Assembly (NCBI GenBank): GCA_024137785.1 | Contig: JAHRHZ010000084.1 | Coordinates: forward strand, 7,155,573-7,219,572 | DNA length: 64,000 nucleotides | Direction of reading: 5' to 3' | DNA from: Ginglymostoma cirratum | Lineage: Eukaryota | Shown here: positions 1 through 12,612 of the stretch, in pieces | Position numbering within the stretch: position 1 is the first letter of the stretch | Layout of the letters: each line of letters opens with the position of its first letter | The notes under the pieces: model-generated | Told to the model about the DNA's origin: nothing | Seen by the model: only the letters and a program-made list of their open reading frames with translations | The model's database searches: none | Made by a program: the position numbers and the translations under genes

Positions 1-738
1 AGCTAAACATTGACAAAATCTGGTCTTACTTTCACAAAATTCTCTATTTCTTTCCAGTCGGTTAAATGGGCGTTGACCAAGCTTGTTTCTCCTCGCGATT
101 CCATTCCGGGTATCAACAAACACAATATCGTAACTATTTCTTGTGTATAGTGTGGACTAATAGCCCCAACAGGAAACTATTTAGAAATAAGTCTTTTCTC
201 TTTATTTCCGGCTAAAATAAAGCTCAAACATTAGCTCTGAAATAATGAAATGGAGATGAATATAATTTTCAATCCAGTGGTTCCTGCTGGAAACTGGTGT
301 GTTCGAAGGTCGTTAAAGATTAAGGTGGCATAAAACTCAGAGTTCTCAGGGTGAAGAGGAATCGCTTAAATAATGGAGCTGAGTACTGCGGCCTGAAGAG
401 ATATTTTCAGCATTAAGATAACGCTAAAAAATAAGTGTTGACAAAAAAGCTATTTTTGAATGCAATGTCCCTCTGGTGACGGAAAATAAAACAAAACCGT
501 TAATCTTCAGACGGAAACGTTTCAGCAAAGAGTTAGAAGGGGATCTTCGACCTCACAGGCTCCCACAGAGAAGTACAAGCACATCCAATTGGCCTTATTA
601 GTCATGTGATTTCTTACGTCATGGTCTCACGTTTAATATGTTTATTTCTGAAACCTATTTGTTATCCTCATCCCCCAAGCACTCAGAATACTGCCCTCCT
701 TTGCAGCAAAGAGTTCACTCTTTTATTTCATTTGCAAT

Positions 739-793
739 ATGTCGCTGAGTGTAGCGGTTCTGATCGTAGCGTTTCTGTGTATGGCCTGGCCAG
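739..793 (+). pseudogene. Copy A leader exon (MSLSVAVLIVAFLCMAWP, phase 1)
   Basis: ATG at 739, hydrophobic signal peptide, donor CCAG|GTACTC; same 55-nt length as the B leader. Confidence 0.85.
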
Positions 794-1009
794 GTACTCT
801 TTAAAGTTACGAGCTGCACTTTTAGAATACCTTAGATTGTACTTCATATTTACAACTACGATGCATTGCAAAGTTAAATTCCCTGCTTCTCCAAGCCTAT
901 TCGTGTGCTTGTTCTTAATTGTTCTTGTATTTTACGCCTCTGTTGTTTTCTTTTTTCCTTCTCTTTCTGCAATTGGTACCACGGATTTTACTTGTTTTCT
1001 TTTGTTTAG

Positions 1010-1318
1010 TAGCCACTAAAGTGACTTCGAGCAAAGTAAATCAGTTCCCCAAACTCTTGAAGGCGGCCAGAGGTAGCAATGTTTCCATGTTTTGCACATT
1101 TCCCGTAATTCAAGATGTTTCCGAAGTATTTTAGTGGAGACTCAATGAGGAATCGTTTCTGGAAGCGGACAAGAGAAAGCGATTCCATGTCCAGAAATGA
1201 ATAGGCTCATTTCATATTCTCGATGTCACTGCTGCAGACTCCGGATTGTATTATTGTAAAATAAAGCATCAGCAAACCATCATCGGAACTGAAAACGTCT
1301 CGTTGCTGACAGTGTGCG
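1010..1318 (+). pseudogene. Copy A V-set exon with two premature stops
   Basis: Acceptor TTTGTTTAG, donor G|GTAAGT. Translation VATKVTSSKVNQFPK...VSMFCTF...VF*WR...DSGLYYCK...SLLTVC. 309 nt with no indels relative to B. Confidence 0.93.
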
Positions 1319-1811
1319 GTAAGTGACACTGCACTAGGGACAGACCACTCTTCAGATGTATTGGTTGACTTATGTGATCTGAACTTTTATAACTAACATA
1401 TTAGCTTCACACTGTCGTGGGATCACTCCCCCATTGACCTCACTGTACATCGACCGTTGATTCACTTTCGCTCATTTTGCGTTATTTCCTAAGATCGATT
1501 CCACTGCTTATTATGATCACGGCATTGTACTGCGTTGTTAATGCAATGAGTATATTTTTTTGTGCAGGAAACGTTGATATTACGCCAGGATAGTGAAGCA
1601 GGGTAACTGTTTACATCTTGGGATGAATTAAGTTAATGGAATAAGATAAAGAACTGCGGGTGCTGGAATCTGAAACGAAAATGGAAATTGGTGGACAAAC
1701 TCAGCGCGTCTGGTGGTACTTGTGTGTGTTAACGTTTACAGGTCAGCGATCCTTCTTCAGGATGGTTCTGATCAAAGGTCATTTGGCTGGCAACTTTAAC
1801 TCACTTTTCGC

Positions 1812-2107
1812 TTTTCAAAATAAGGGGCAACAGATTTAGGACTGAGTTGAGGAGGAACTTCTTCACGCAAAGGGTTGTGAATCTGTGGAATTCCCTGCCC
1901 ACTGAAGCAGCTGAGGTTACCCCAGTGAGAGTTATATAGGCAACAATAGATAGATTTTTGAACATCAAAGAAATTAAGGGCTTTTGTGAGCGGGTCGGCA
2001 ATTGGAGCTGAGTCCATGAAAAGAACAGCTATGATCTTATTGAACGGCGGAGAAGGCTCGATGGGCCACATGGCATACTGCTGCTCCTGTTTCTTATGTT
2101 CTTATGT
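1812..2107 (+). mobile_element. CR1 LINE 3' end fragment (pre-duplication; paralog about 43840-44130)
   Basis: Encodes RFRTELRRNFFTQRVVNLWNSLP; ends in a TTCTTATG-repeat tail. Confidence 0.85.
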
Positions 2108-2294
2108 TGGCAGTCCTGTTGAGTTTCTCCAGTAATTTCTATTGTTGTATCATGTGCTAAAATGCTCGGTTTACCTCTCAAGTGGTGACAAGAAAATGCT
2201 ACAAAGGAAACAACGTTAATACAAAAAACAAAATACTACTGTGACTGAAAGTGTGAAATGCTAACAGCAATTACTTGTAAGGTGTCTGAGCATC

Positions 2295-2880
2295 TCTGCA
2301 GAAAACTGTCATTCTGTCCTCAAAAATGGACTCGAGCTTCCAGGTGCCTGGCATTTCAATGCATCACCATGTTTCCTGGCCAGTATTTCTGTCCTGGGTC
2401 TGCTGCAGTGTGTCAGCAAGAATCAGAGCAGCTTGAAAGAAGAGCATCTCATTTTCTGCTTGGATACCTTGTAACCTTCAGGACTCATAATATCGAATTC
2501 AATAATTTTAGGCCCTCAACACTTTCTTCCATGTCCTTTAACCAACTTCACACCCCAGGTCCCGCTAATGACATGAACCACAAACAGCACAGTCAACCCA
2601 TTTTCAACCAGTTATGGTCTCCATTGCAAGCTTTTCTTTCTTTCTAGTATGTTGTCATCCATCCCTTTGTCTGTCCAAATGTTGTTCTCCCTCTGTCGGC
2701 TCCACCTCTGCATATCAGCTCCCTCCTTTCACCAACGCCACAGCCCCCACATTCAAACTATATCTTTGGCACATATACCACTTTTTGCTAGCTGGTATCA
2801 GTTCTAAAGAAGGGGCTTTGTTTCTGTCTCCACAGGAGCTGCCAAACCGGCTGAGTCTCTCTTGCAATTTCCGTTTCTGA
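2295..2880 (+). mobile_element. Penelope-like element 3' remnant, truncated at the copy A deletion junction
   Basis: Degenerate ...HFLLG...NIEFNNFR C-terminus; aligns to about 55455-56040. Confidence 0.65.
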
Positions 2881-3386
2881 TCCACGTGCTATATAATGTG
2901 CTTTATGTGACTGGATTGTGTTTGATAACGGTCCTCTGGAGTGCGTTGAACACTTCGTCAGGTTAAAGGAGTTGCACAAATGCAAGATGCGAGTATTAAT
3001 TGCCAAAAGTCACAGTAGAGGCTCTGCATTAAATCTGATGCAGGTAGGAATTTGAAGATTTGGCAGCCAGTGCTGACTTAACAAGGCAAGCTTAATAACA
3101 TAAGCTTTTCCTCTTAAGAAACAACCAGAGTGAAGATTCCCGAGTCTCTACACAACAGTTCCTTCTCTAACTTATATTAGTGATGTGTCATTTTATGCAT
3201 ATTATAAACATTGAAAGCATTAAATACAGTAAAGTAAATGGGATCAGCCCCTATTCACATTTATTTGACATGATCATCCTCCGATATTCTTTTGCAGCTT
3301 GTGCTCCTACACCTGATCCACAATTCTCTGTGTCTAAATCTCTCTGTGCTCTCCAGTTTCTTATTCAAATATTATTTATCCTGTAG

Positions 3387-3503
3387 ATAAAGATTATCTA
3401 TTAGTCTATAGATGGGCAGCTGGCATTCTGGCAATTTAATTATTGATAATCATTTCCTCGAGAAATGATCAAAAATCAAAACTCGAGATAAAGACATCAG
3501 GTG
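3387..3503 (+). pseudogene. Copy A transmembrane exon (DKDYLLVYRWAAGILAI*LLIIISSRNDQKSKLEIKTSG)
   Basis: Acceptor ATCCTGTAG, donor G|GTAAG, phase 1-1; homologous to 56307-56405 with 18 extra nt and one stop. Confidence 0.82.
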
Positions 3504-4568
3504 GTAAGAACTTCTGTTATTTCATTGAATATTTTTATTTCCAAGACCAAATCATCTTCTTCAAATACATACAGATCAGATGAATGATTAACTGTAGAGG
3601 AATAGGCAGCACTTTCCTACATCTTTAAAGAATGAAGTTCATGTCACAGACGCTTATGTGATAGGCAATTCAACATGACAATATAAACCGGATTTACTTC
3701 ACACCCTCATTCTACCCATTTATTCGATTTATACTCGACTTCCCAGATCTATAAATAGCAGTGCAAGTGTGTTCATTCCGAAGAGATGTCAGACGAGCCA
3801 ACTTATTTCACTTTACTCGCAGATCTCCAAACTAGTTTCACAATACAAACAAGACTGTCAATTCGCGGTCCCACAAGAGGAAAAATCTACGCATGTGTGA
3901 GTAGACGCAAGGCAGGATTTGAAAGATAATATAACTCTTAGTAATTCAGGTCTGTGGTATTGCTCGAGCACTCTGTTAATTATTACCACAAACATATACA
4001 TGAATTAAAAGCACAAGTAGACCATTCAACTCTTTCAGCTTTTCCGTATTTGAATAAGCTTATGGCTGAACTGATAGTGTTTAGAATTCCACATTCCCAA
4101 CTACAGAAGCTTTTCATTCCCCTTGTCTAACAGGAATTTAGGTACTTCTACAATTAAAACAGTCAATCACGATACCACCACCACCTACTGCAACAGAGAG
4201 TTCCAAACTGTCACAATCATCAGAGACAAAAAGAACCCTCTCACCTCTGTCCTTAAAGGACAATGTCTAATTGGTTGACTTTATCCCATGGTTCAGGATA
4301 CATTCACGAAGAAAGCATTTGTTCTATGTCCACCTTGTTAAAATGATTCAGGATCTCATGCACTGCAATCAAAACACCCCTCACTCTTGTAAATTCCAGT
4401 TGAAAGAAGCCTAGCCTAGTCAACTTATTTTCATAAAACAACCCATTCATTCCAGATGTCAATCGATTAAACCTCATTTGAATCAGCTCAAACGTTTTTA
4501 TATAGATTATGGTTACATTTGTGTTTTCGTAACTTACATTCAATGTAGGCTTATTTTCCTTGCTTCAG

Positions 4569-4612
4569 GTGTTAGGAGACATTCTATGGAAGTGAATAAT
4601 TCTTTACAGCCG
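4569..4612 (+). pseudogene. Copy A short cytoplasmic exon (GVRRHSMEVNNSLQP)
   Basis: Acceptor TTGCTTCAG, donor CCG|GTAAG; 44 nt, conserved with 57493-57536. Confidence 0.75.
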
Positions 4613-5049
4613 GTAAGGTGATCATGTTTCTTCACATGAACATCAATTAGGACGGAATAGCACGAAATATTGCAATCATCTGAGAAGATTAATTAAATTA
4701 TAGACTACGGGAGACTACTACAGCAGTATAAGTCATTGAACACAACAATTCAATCAACCCACTTCATTACTCTTAGTCCCTATCCCTACATATTTGCATT
4801 TTTAAGGAAATGTCTCCTCCCTTTGTGAAATTTCCACTGACTCCGTTTCTGCCACATATTATGGAAGTGCGGTTTAAAGTACAGCAGAGGTTCCCAGAAA
4901 ATAAATCCTCATCCTCCTGTGATTTTCTTCGTTCAGAATTTTAAGTGTATCATTTGGATATTGACAGATGCACAATTGAAAACATGCTTTCTAAAAACCG
5001 AAAGAACTATTGATGCTGTAAAATTAGAAAGAAAATATGCAACATATTC

Positions 5050-5910
5050 TATTCTGCTGCCTTGTCCGCCTCCCTGAAGGAAATTTCCCTCTGGGACATT
5101 CTGGTCCACTCTTCCTTCACTCCTAACACACCCCGCCCCGCACAACCCCACGGCACCTTCGCCTGCAACTGCCTATTGTGTATCACCGGCCCATTTACCT
5201 CCTCTCTCCTCAGTATCCAAGGGTCGACACCTACCTCCCATGCGAGGCAGCACTTTACTTGCACTTCTTATAACCTACTCTACTGCATGCACTGCTCACC
5301 ATATGGTATCCTCTACAGTGGGGAAACAAAGCATAGACTGCATAACCACTTCGCAGCACATCTACATTCTGCCCGCAAAAAGACCCTGAGCTTCCAGTTG
5401 CCTGCGACTTTAACACACAACCCTGTTCCGACATCTCTGTCTCAGGCTTGCTGCAGTGCTCCAGCGAAGCTCAGTGCACGTTGGAGGAAAAACACCTCAT
5501 TCTCTGCTTGGGGAGCCTGCAGCCCTCAAGGATCAATATCAAGTTAAATAAATTTAAAGCTTGAACTCCCACTTGTCCTACCCCCAACCACAAACATCAG
5601 GTCCTGTTATCACATAGTCTACCAGGGCACACTACCTGGAGCAATCAACTGTCTCCATTAACAGCAATGCACCCTCTCAGCCAGATTGTTATCGACTCAT
5701 TTGTCTGTCCAACTGTTCTCCTCTCTCTTCGGGCTCTATCCCCAGCTATCACTTACACTTTAGACTCTCCCTCACCCTAGCTGCAGCATATAAACCGACA
5801 TTTTCCTGGCTGCCAGCAATTCTGAGGAAGGGCCGCCTGACCCAAAATGTGAGCTTTGATTTCTCTTCACCGATGCTACCAAACCTGCTGAGCTTTTCCA
5901 GCATCTTCTG
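5050..5910 (+). mobile_element. Penelope-like retroelement remnant (GIY-YIG endonuclease region plus terminal repeat)
   Basis: ORF 5062-5547 has FTCTSYNLLYCMHC...LYSGETKHRLHNHFAAH, a PLE GIY-YIG signature; paralog 57980-59420. Confidence 0.8.
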
Positions 5911-6534
5911 TTTTTTTTTTCTGAAAACATACTTTACTGATTTACTTCATTGAAATTTCTCATTATTGTGAACAACTTTAACCAACCGTCCATTGTCTTC
6001 CTCTGCCCTGTGAAAAACAATCATAAATTGTCTAGTGTACTCAGGGTACATGAAGCTCCTCATTCCTGATACTATTCCACGAAATCTTTCCTGCACTCTT
6101 TTCTAGCTGTTACATTCTTCCTGTCTAAACATTCTGAATGAGGAAAAGTCGGCACCTACTTCCTTGCCTTGCCCATAGTTTAAGAATTAATCACAGCTGT
6201 TTGCTGTGCTTTGACACGTAACTAGGGCTTTCATTTAGACTGATAAATAGAAAGGAGGAGACACTTTTGATTCTGCAAACTAATAATTCACACTGTTCAA
6301 AAAATTGGACATTTCCTGGTGCCCAGTTGCTAAATGGAAGCACTTTTACAGCACAGTCAGAGAAAGTATGATCACCATTGACAGATGACGGTGGGAACCC
6401 CAAATGCTATGCTTTATGTCCAGTTCCAAGTTTCAGCACATATTGTCATGACTGAGAAGGAACCTGGAGTGGGAGGGAAGAATGTAGCTGTCATGGGAAC
6501 AAATGACATAGGTTCAACAAGGAATGATATTCTG

Positions 6535-6629
6535 AGATAACAAGCATGGGGCTGGATGAACACAGCAGGTCAAGCAGCATCATAGGAGCAGGAAAACTTG
6601 ACGTTTCGGGCCTAAACCCTTCATCAGAA
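6535..6629 (-). mobile_element. 95-bp non-autonomous element with hammerhead-like core and 16-bp TSD
   Basis: Flanked by AAGGAATGATATTCTG at 6519-6534 and 6630-6645; absent at the paralogous site about 60010-60040; minus strand reads CTGATGA-AGGGTTTAGGCCC-GAAACGTC. Confidence 0.85.
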
Positions 6630-7834
6630 AAGGAATGATATTCTGCTGAGTTTCAGTTTTAATGTCCAAAAAATGCGACAAAAACATCAGATCATACTTC
6701 TGGATTGTTTCTTGAGCCCTGTGCAAGTTGGCATAGGATACAGTTGATTAGAAACTTCCACACAGGGCTCAAACTATGCTGTTCAGAGAATGGATGTTGA
6801 TAATTTGGTGGAAAGGATGCCATTTCATTTTGATGGGCACTACTTAAACTGAATGGGACCAGTGTCCTGGATAATTGTACAACAAGAGCTGCAGTCAGGT
6901 ATTAAAATAGGGGAGAGAAGAATATAATGAAGCAAGATTTTGCAATCCAGAGAAAGAGAATAAGACGTCAAGCCAATAGAACAATACAATGATGTGAGTT
7001 AAAAGATAAGCACAATGGGATTGTGAGGTTAGCATTTTTTCTGCAGTTTGTAGGACATATAACCGAACGTATACTGTGGACCAGGTAATGAACTAAGAGT
7101 TTGGAGCTTATCAAAAAGAAAATATAGTAATTATGGTTGATTGTAACCTTCATGTAAGCTCCATCAATTAAACTGATAAGGATGAACTAGAAGACAAATT
7201 TGTTGAAAGTTTATTTTTGTGATGTTTTCATGCAGCGAAACATTCCCCAGCTGCCTCTGAATGAAGTTATCAGAGATTTAACTTATATAATCAGATATTA
7301 TTAATTAATAATGTCACTATGTATGACCTACTGTGAAGTAGTGATCTTAAGACCATTGAATTCTGTGTTAGGTTTCAAAGTTGAAATCACGAACAAGAAT
7401 CATCAATCTAAAGAAAGTAAATTACATCAGTATGAGGTGAAAATAGGTTGATTATATAATTGGACTGATAATTCAGTGCACAGTGGGAAAGATTTAAAGA
7501 CACAATTCAAAATACCCAATAAATTTCAATTTGTTGAATATTAAAAACTCAGCAAAAAAAAGTCCTCTATGGCTCACTAAGGAATTTAAATTTTAAAAAG
7601 AGGCTCATAATTTGCAAAGAATGTAAACGAGACTGGGAACTGGGGGTGCCTCAAGATCTAACGAGAAAGCATGCAAAGTTGGTAAAGAGGGACGAAATTA
7701 TAGTAAAATAGCTAAAAATATAAAAACAGATTGTAAGATCATTATCAATTATACAAAAAGAAATGTGCTTGCTAAAGTAAATATCGGTGTCTCAGAAGAA
7801 GAATTAATAAAATTACACTTGGAATGAAGAAAGT

Positions 7835-9045
7835 CGAGAGTGCGAGGGGACTGCTCCTTTTCACTTTGAGGGACTTGCCTCGTGGAGTCGGCGGCCTCCC
7901 TTTGTTCAGCGGCGGGATCCGGGAGAGAGTGTGAAGGGACTGCTAGGAAGATGAGCTTTTAAAAGGCTTACTTAGTGGAGTCGGCGGCCTCCGTTTGTTC
8001 AGCGGCGGGAGTCGGGAGAGAGTGCGAGGGGACTGCTGGGAAGGTTTAGTAGGAGCGGACACAGGACGGCTGAGTAAGTGAGGTAATATATTTGGGCAGT
8101 TGCTTTACCCAAAACACTACTTAGGTAGTGTCTCCCACCCATCCTCCTCCTCTAAATAAAAACAAAAGGTTCGGAGCGCCGACCTGGTAAAGTTACTAGT
8201 TTATTTTTCTCTCAACCGTCTGTTTGGGAATTCAGAACAGTGGGAATGGATGTAAGAGCAGTTGTATATTCCTCCTGTAGAATTTTGGAGGTAAGGCTCA
8301 CCACTAGTGTCCCCACTGACTTCATCTGCGGGAATTGCACCCAACTCCAACTCCTTGGAACCCGCATTAGGGAACTGGAACTGGAGCTGGATGAACTTCG
8401 GATCATTCGGGAGGCCCAGGGGGTAATTGGGTGGAGTTACAGGGAGGTAGTCACACCTCAGGTACAGGCAAAAGGTAGATGGGTTACAGTCAGGGGATGG
8501 AAAGGAAACAAGCAGACAGTGCAGCGATCCCCTGTGGCCATTCCCCTCAATAACTAGTGTACCGTTTTGGATAGTGTTGTGGGGGACGACTTACCAGGTG
8601 TAAGCCATGGGGTACAGGTATCTGGCACAGAGTCTGTCCCTGTTGCTCAAAAGGGAAAGGGGGAGAGGAGATCATTAGTCATTGGGGACTCCATAGTTAG
8701 GGAGACAGATAGGAGATTATGTGGGAACGAGAGAGCCACGCGGTTGGTGCGTTTCCTCCTAGGTGCCAGGGTCCGTGATGTCTCGGATAGTGTTTTCGGG
8801 ATCCTTAAAGGGGAGGGGGAGCAGCCCCAAGTCGTGGTCCAAATAGGCACCAAAGAAATAGGTAGGAAAAGGGATGGGGATGAAAGGCAGAAATTCAAGG
8901 AGCAAGGTCGAAGCTTAGGGCCAGAACAAGCAGAGTTGGAAAATCTGGTTTGTTACCCGTGCCACGTGTTAGTGAGGCGAGGAATAGGAAGAGAGAGCAG
9001 TTGAACACATGGTTACAGGGATGGTGCAGGAGGGAAGGATTCAGA
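7835..9045 (+). mobile_element. CR1 LINE 5' part: 5'UTR and ORF1 (Cys motif, leucine-zipper-like segment, SGNH esterase)
   Basis: GC-rich repeated 5'UTR; ORF1 from about 8246 with FICGNC, IRELELELDELR and LVIGDSIVR; ends at WCRREGFR. Confidence 0.9.
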
Positions 9046-12000
9046 GACATAGAACATAGAACATTACGGCACAGTACAGGCTCTTTGGCCCTCGATGTTG
9101 TGCCGACCTGTGAAACCAATCTGAAGCCCACCTAACCTACACTATTCCATTATCATCCATATGTTTATCCAAAGACCATTGAAATTCCCTTAAAGTTGAC
9201 GAGTCTACTACTGTTGCAGGCAGGGCATTACATGGCCTTACTACTGTCTGAGTAAAGAATCTACCTTTGACATCTGTCCTATATCAATCACCCCTCAATT
9301 TAAAGCTATGTCCCCTCATGCTAGCCATCACCATCCGAGGAAAAAGGCTCTCACAATCCACCCTATCTAAACCTCTGATCATCTTGTATGTCTCTATTAA
9401 GTCACCTCTTAACCTTCTTCTCTCTAACAAAAACAGCCTCAAGTCCCTCAACCTTTCCTCATAAAACCTTCCTTCCATACCAGGCAACATCTTGGTAAAT
9501 CTCCTCTGCACCCTTTCCATAGCTTCCACGTCCTTCCCATAATGCGGTGACCAGAACTGTACGCAATACAGTTTTGTACAGCTGCAACATGACCTCATGG
9601 CTCCAAAACTCAATCTCTCTACCAATAAAACCTAACACACTGTACGCTTTCCTAACAATCCTACCAACCTGGGTGTCAACTTTCAGGGATCTATGCACAT
9701 GGACACCGAGATCTCTCTGCTCGTCCACACTACCAAGAATCTTATCATTAGCCCAGTACTCTGTACTCCTGTTACCCTTCCAAAGTGAATCACCTCACAC
9801 TTTTCCGCATTAAACTCCATTTGCCACCTCTCAGACCAGCTCTGCAGCTTATCTATTTCCCTCTGTAACCTGCAACATCCCTCCACACTATCCACAACTC
9901 CCCCGACTTTAGCGTCATTCGCAAATTTACTAACCCATCCTTCTATGCCCTCATCCAGGTCATTTATAAAAATGACAAACAGCAATTGCCCCAAAACAGA
10001 TCCTTGCAGTACACCACTAGTAACTGAACTCCAGGATGAACATTTCCCATCAACCACCACCCTCTGTCTTCTTACAGTTAGCCAATTTCTGATCCAAACC
10101 GCTAAATCACCCTCAATCCCATGCCTCTGATTTTTCTGCAACAGCCTACCTTGGGGAACCTTATCAAACGCTTTACTGAAATCCATATACATAACATCAA
10201 CTGCTTTACCCTCATCCACCTGTTTAGTCACCTTCTCAAAGAACTCAGTAAGGTTTGTGAGGAACGACCTACTCTTCACAAAACCGTGTTGACTATCGCT
10301 AATCACATTATTCCTTTCTAGATGATTATAGATCCTAGCTCTTATAATCCTTTCCAACACTTTACCCACAACCGAAGTAAGGCTCACTGGTATATAATTA
10401 CTACCGTTGTCTCTACTCCCATTCTTGAACAAGGAGACAACATTTGCTATCCTCCAGTGTTCTGGCACTATTCCTGGAGACAATGACGACATAAAGATCA
10501 AAGCCAAAGGCTCTGCAATCTCCTCCCTAGCTTCCCAGAGAATCCTAGGATAAATCCCATCCGGTCCAGGGGACCTATCAATTTTCACACCTTCCAGAAT
10601 TGCTAACATCGCCTCCTCATGAATCTCAATCCCGTCTAGTCTGATAGCCTATACCTCAGCATTCTCCTCAACAACATTGTCTTCTTCATGTATGAATACC
10701 GACGAAAAATATTTCATTTAGCGCCTCTCTTACGTCTTCAGACTCCACGCGCACATTCCCATGACTGTTATTGACTGGCTCTAATCTTACTCTAGTCATT
10801 CTTTTATTCCTGACATACCTATAGAAAGCTTTAGGGTTTTCCTTGATCCTATCTGCCAAAGACTTCTCATGTCCCCTCCTGGCTCTTCTTATCTCTCTCT
10901 TTAGGTCCTTCCTGGCTAACTTGTAGCTCTCAAGCGCCCGAACTGAGCCTTCACGCCTCATCTTTACATAAGCCTCCTTCTTCTTCTCGACAAGAGATTC
11001 AACTTTTTTAGTAAATCATGGTTCCCTCGCTCGACCACTTCCTCCCTGTCTGACAGGTACATATTTATCAAGGACACGCAGTAGCTGTTCCTTGGACAAG
11101 CTCCACATTTCAATTGTACCCAGCCTTGCAGTTTCCTTCCCCATCCCATGCATCCTAAATCTTGCCTAATCGCCTCATAATTGCCTTTCCCCCAGCTATA
11201 ACTCTTGCCCTGCAGTATATACCTATCCCTTTCCATCGCTAAAGTAAACGTAACCAAATAGTGGTCACTATCACCGAAGTGCTCACCTATCTCCAATTCT
11301 GACACCTGGCCTGGTTCATTACCCAGTACCAAATCCAATGTTGCCTCGCCCCTTGTTGGCCTATCTACATACTGTGTCAGAAAACCCTCCTGCACACATT
11401 GGACAAAAACTTACCCATCTGAACTTACCCAGCACGGTGGCTCAGTGGTGAGCACTGCAGCCTCACAGTGCCAGCAACTCGGGTTCTATTCCAGCTTCAG
11501 TTGACTGTCTGTGTGGAGATTGCACATTCTCCCTGTGTCTGCGTGGGTTTCCTCCAGGTGCTCCGCTTTCCCCCCACAGTCCAAAGATGTGTAGACTATG
11601 TGGATGGGCCGTGCTAAATTGCCCATAGTGTTCAGGGGTGTGTGGGTTATAGGGGGATGGGTCTGGGTGGGATGCTCCATGGTCAGTGTGGACTTGTTGG
11701 GCCGAAGGGCCTGTTCCCACACTGTAGGAATTCTAATTCTAAAGTACTCGAACTCTAGCGTTTCCAGTCAATATTTGGAAAGTTAAAGTCCCCCATAACA
11801 ACTAACCTGTTACTTTCGCTCCTATTCAGAATCACCTTTGCAATCCTTTCCTCTACATCTCTGGAACTTTTCGGAGGCCTGTAGAAAACTCCCGACAGGG
11901 TGACCTCCCCTTTCCTGTTTCTAACCTCAGTCCATACTACCTCAGTGGACGAGTCCACATCAAACGTCCTTTCTGCCACCGTAAAACTGTCCTTGACTAA

Positions 12001-12452
12001 CAATGCCACACCTCCCCCTCTTTTACCTCCTTCACTGATCTTACTGAAACATCTAAACCCCGGAACCTGCAACAATCATTCCGGTCCCTGCTCTATCCAT
12101 GTCTCCGCAATGGCCACAACATCGAAGTCCCAGGTACCAACCCATGCTGCAACTTCACCCACCTTATTCCGGATGCTCCTGGCTTTGAAATAGACACATT
12201 TCAAACCACCTACCTGTCTGCTGGTACACTCCTGCGACCTTGACACCTCATTCATGACCTCACTACTCTCAACCTCCTGATCACTGGAGCTACAATTCAG
12301 GTTCTCAACCCCCTGCTGAATTAGTTTAAACCGCCCTGAAGAGCATTAGCAAATTTCCCCCCCAGGATATTGATACCCCTCTGGTTCAGGTGTCGACCAT
12401 CCCATTTGTAGAGATTCCACCTACCCCAGAATGAACCCGAATTGTCCAGGTA
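9046..12452 (-). mobile_element. CR1 LINE 3' part (ORF1 C-terminus, APE endonuclease, RT, 3' tail), inverted relative to its 5' part
   Basis: Minus-strand ORFs YLDNSGSFWGRW..., VMGDFNFPNIDW, HFGDSDH, SPGPDG, DFSKAFDKVP, KFAND; TTCTATG-repeat tail at about 9047-9063; frameshifted. Confidence 0.92.
11431..11741 (+). mobile_element. HE1-type tRNA-derived SINE nested in the CR1
   Basis: Pol III box A TGGCTCAGTGG and box B GGTTCTATTCC, V-SINE-like central domain, LINE-like tail ending ATTCTAATTCTA. Confidence 0.85.
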
Positions 12453-12457
12453 TAACA

Positions 12458-12612
12458 AATGGAGGATATCAAATGTTGTCCCCTTGTTCAAGAGGGGGAG
12501 TAGAGACAACCCTGGTAATTATAGACCAGTGAGACTTACTTCGGTTGGGGTAAAGTGTTGGAAAGGATTATAAGAGATAGGATTTATAATCATCTAGAAA
12601 GGAATAATTTGA
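12458..12612 (+). mobile_element. Short CR1 ORF2 fragment
   Basis: Encodes WRISNVVPLFKRGSRDNPGNYRPV...RIIRDRIYNHLERNN; similar but not identical to the reverse complement of about 10310-10460. Confidence 0.85.

Larger units (their letters stand above)
739..4612 (+). pseudogene. Copy A: pseudogene of an IgSF VJ(-C1)-TM receptor; exons 739-793, 1010-1318, 3387-3503, 4569-4612; C1 exon absent
   Basis: Colinear with intact copy B, with GT-AG junctions retained. In-frame stops: TAG 1132-1134 (TGG in B), TGA 1198-1200 (GGA in B), TAA 3437-3439 (TTA in B). Confidence 0.9.

Noticed and set aside
11431-11505. tRNA gene
   Set aside because: The A and B boxes are the head of a SINE followed by SINE body and tail; there is no complete cloverleaf.
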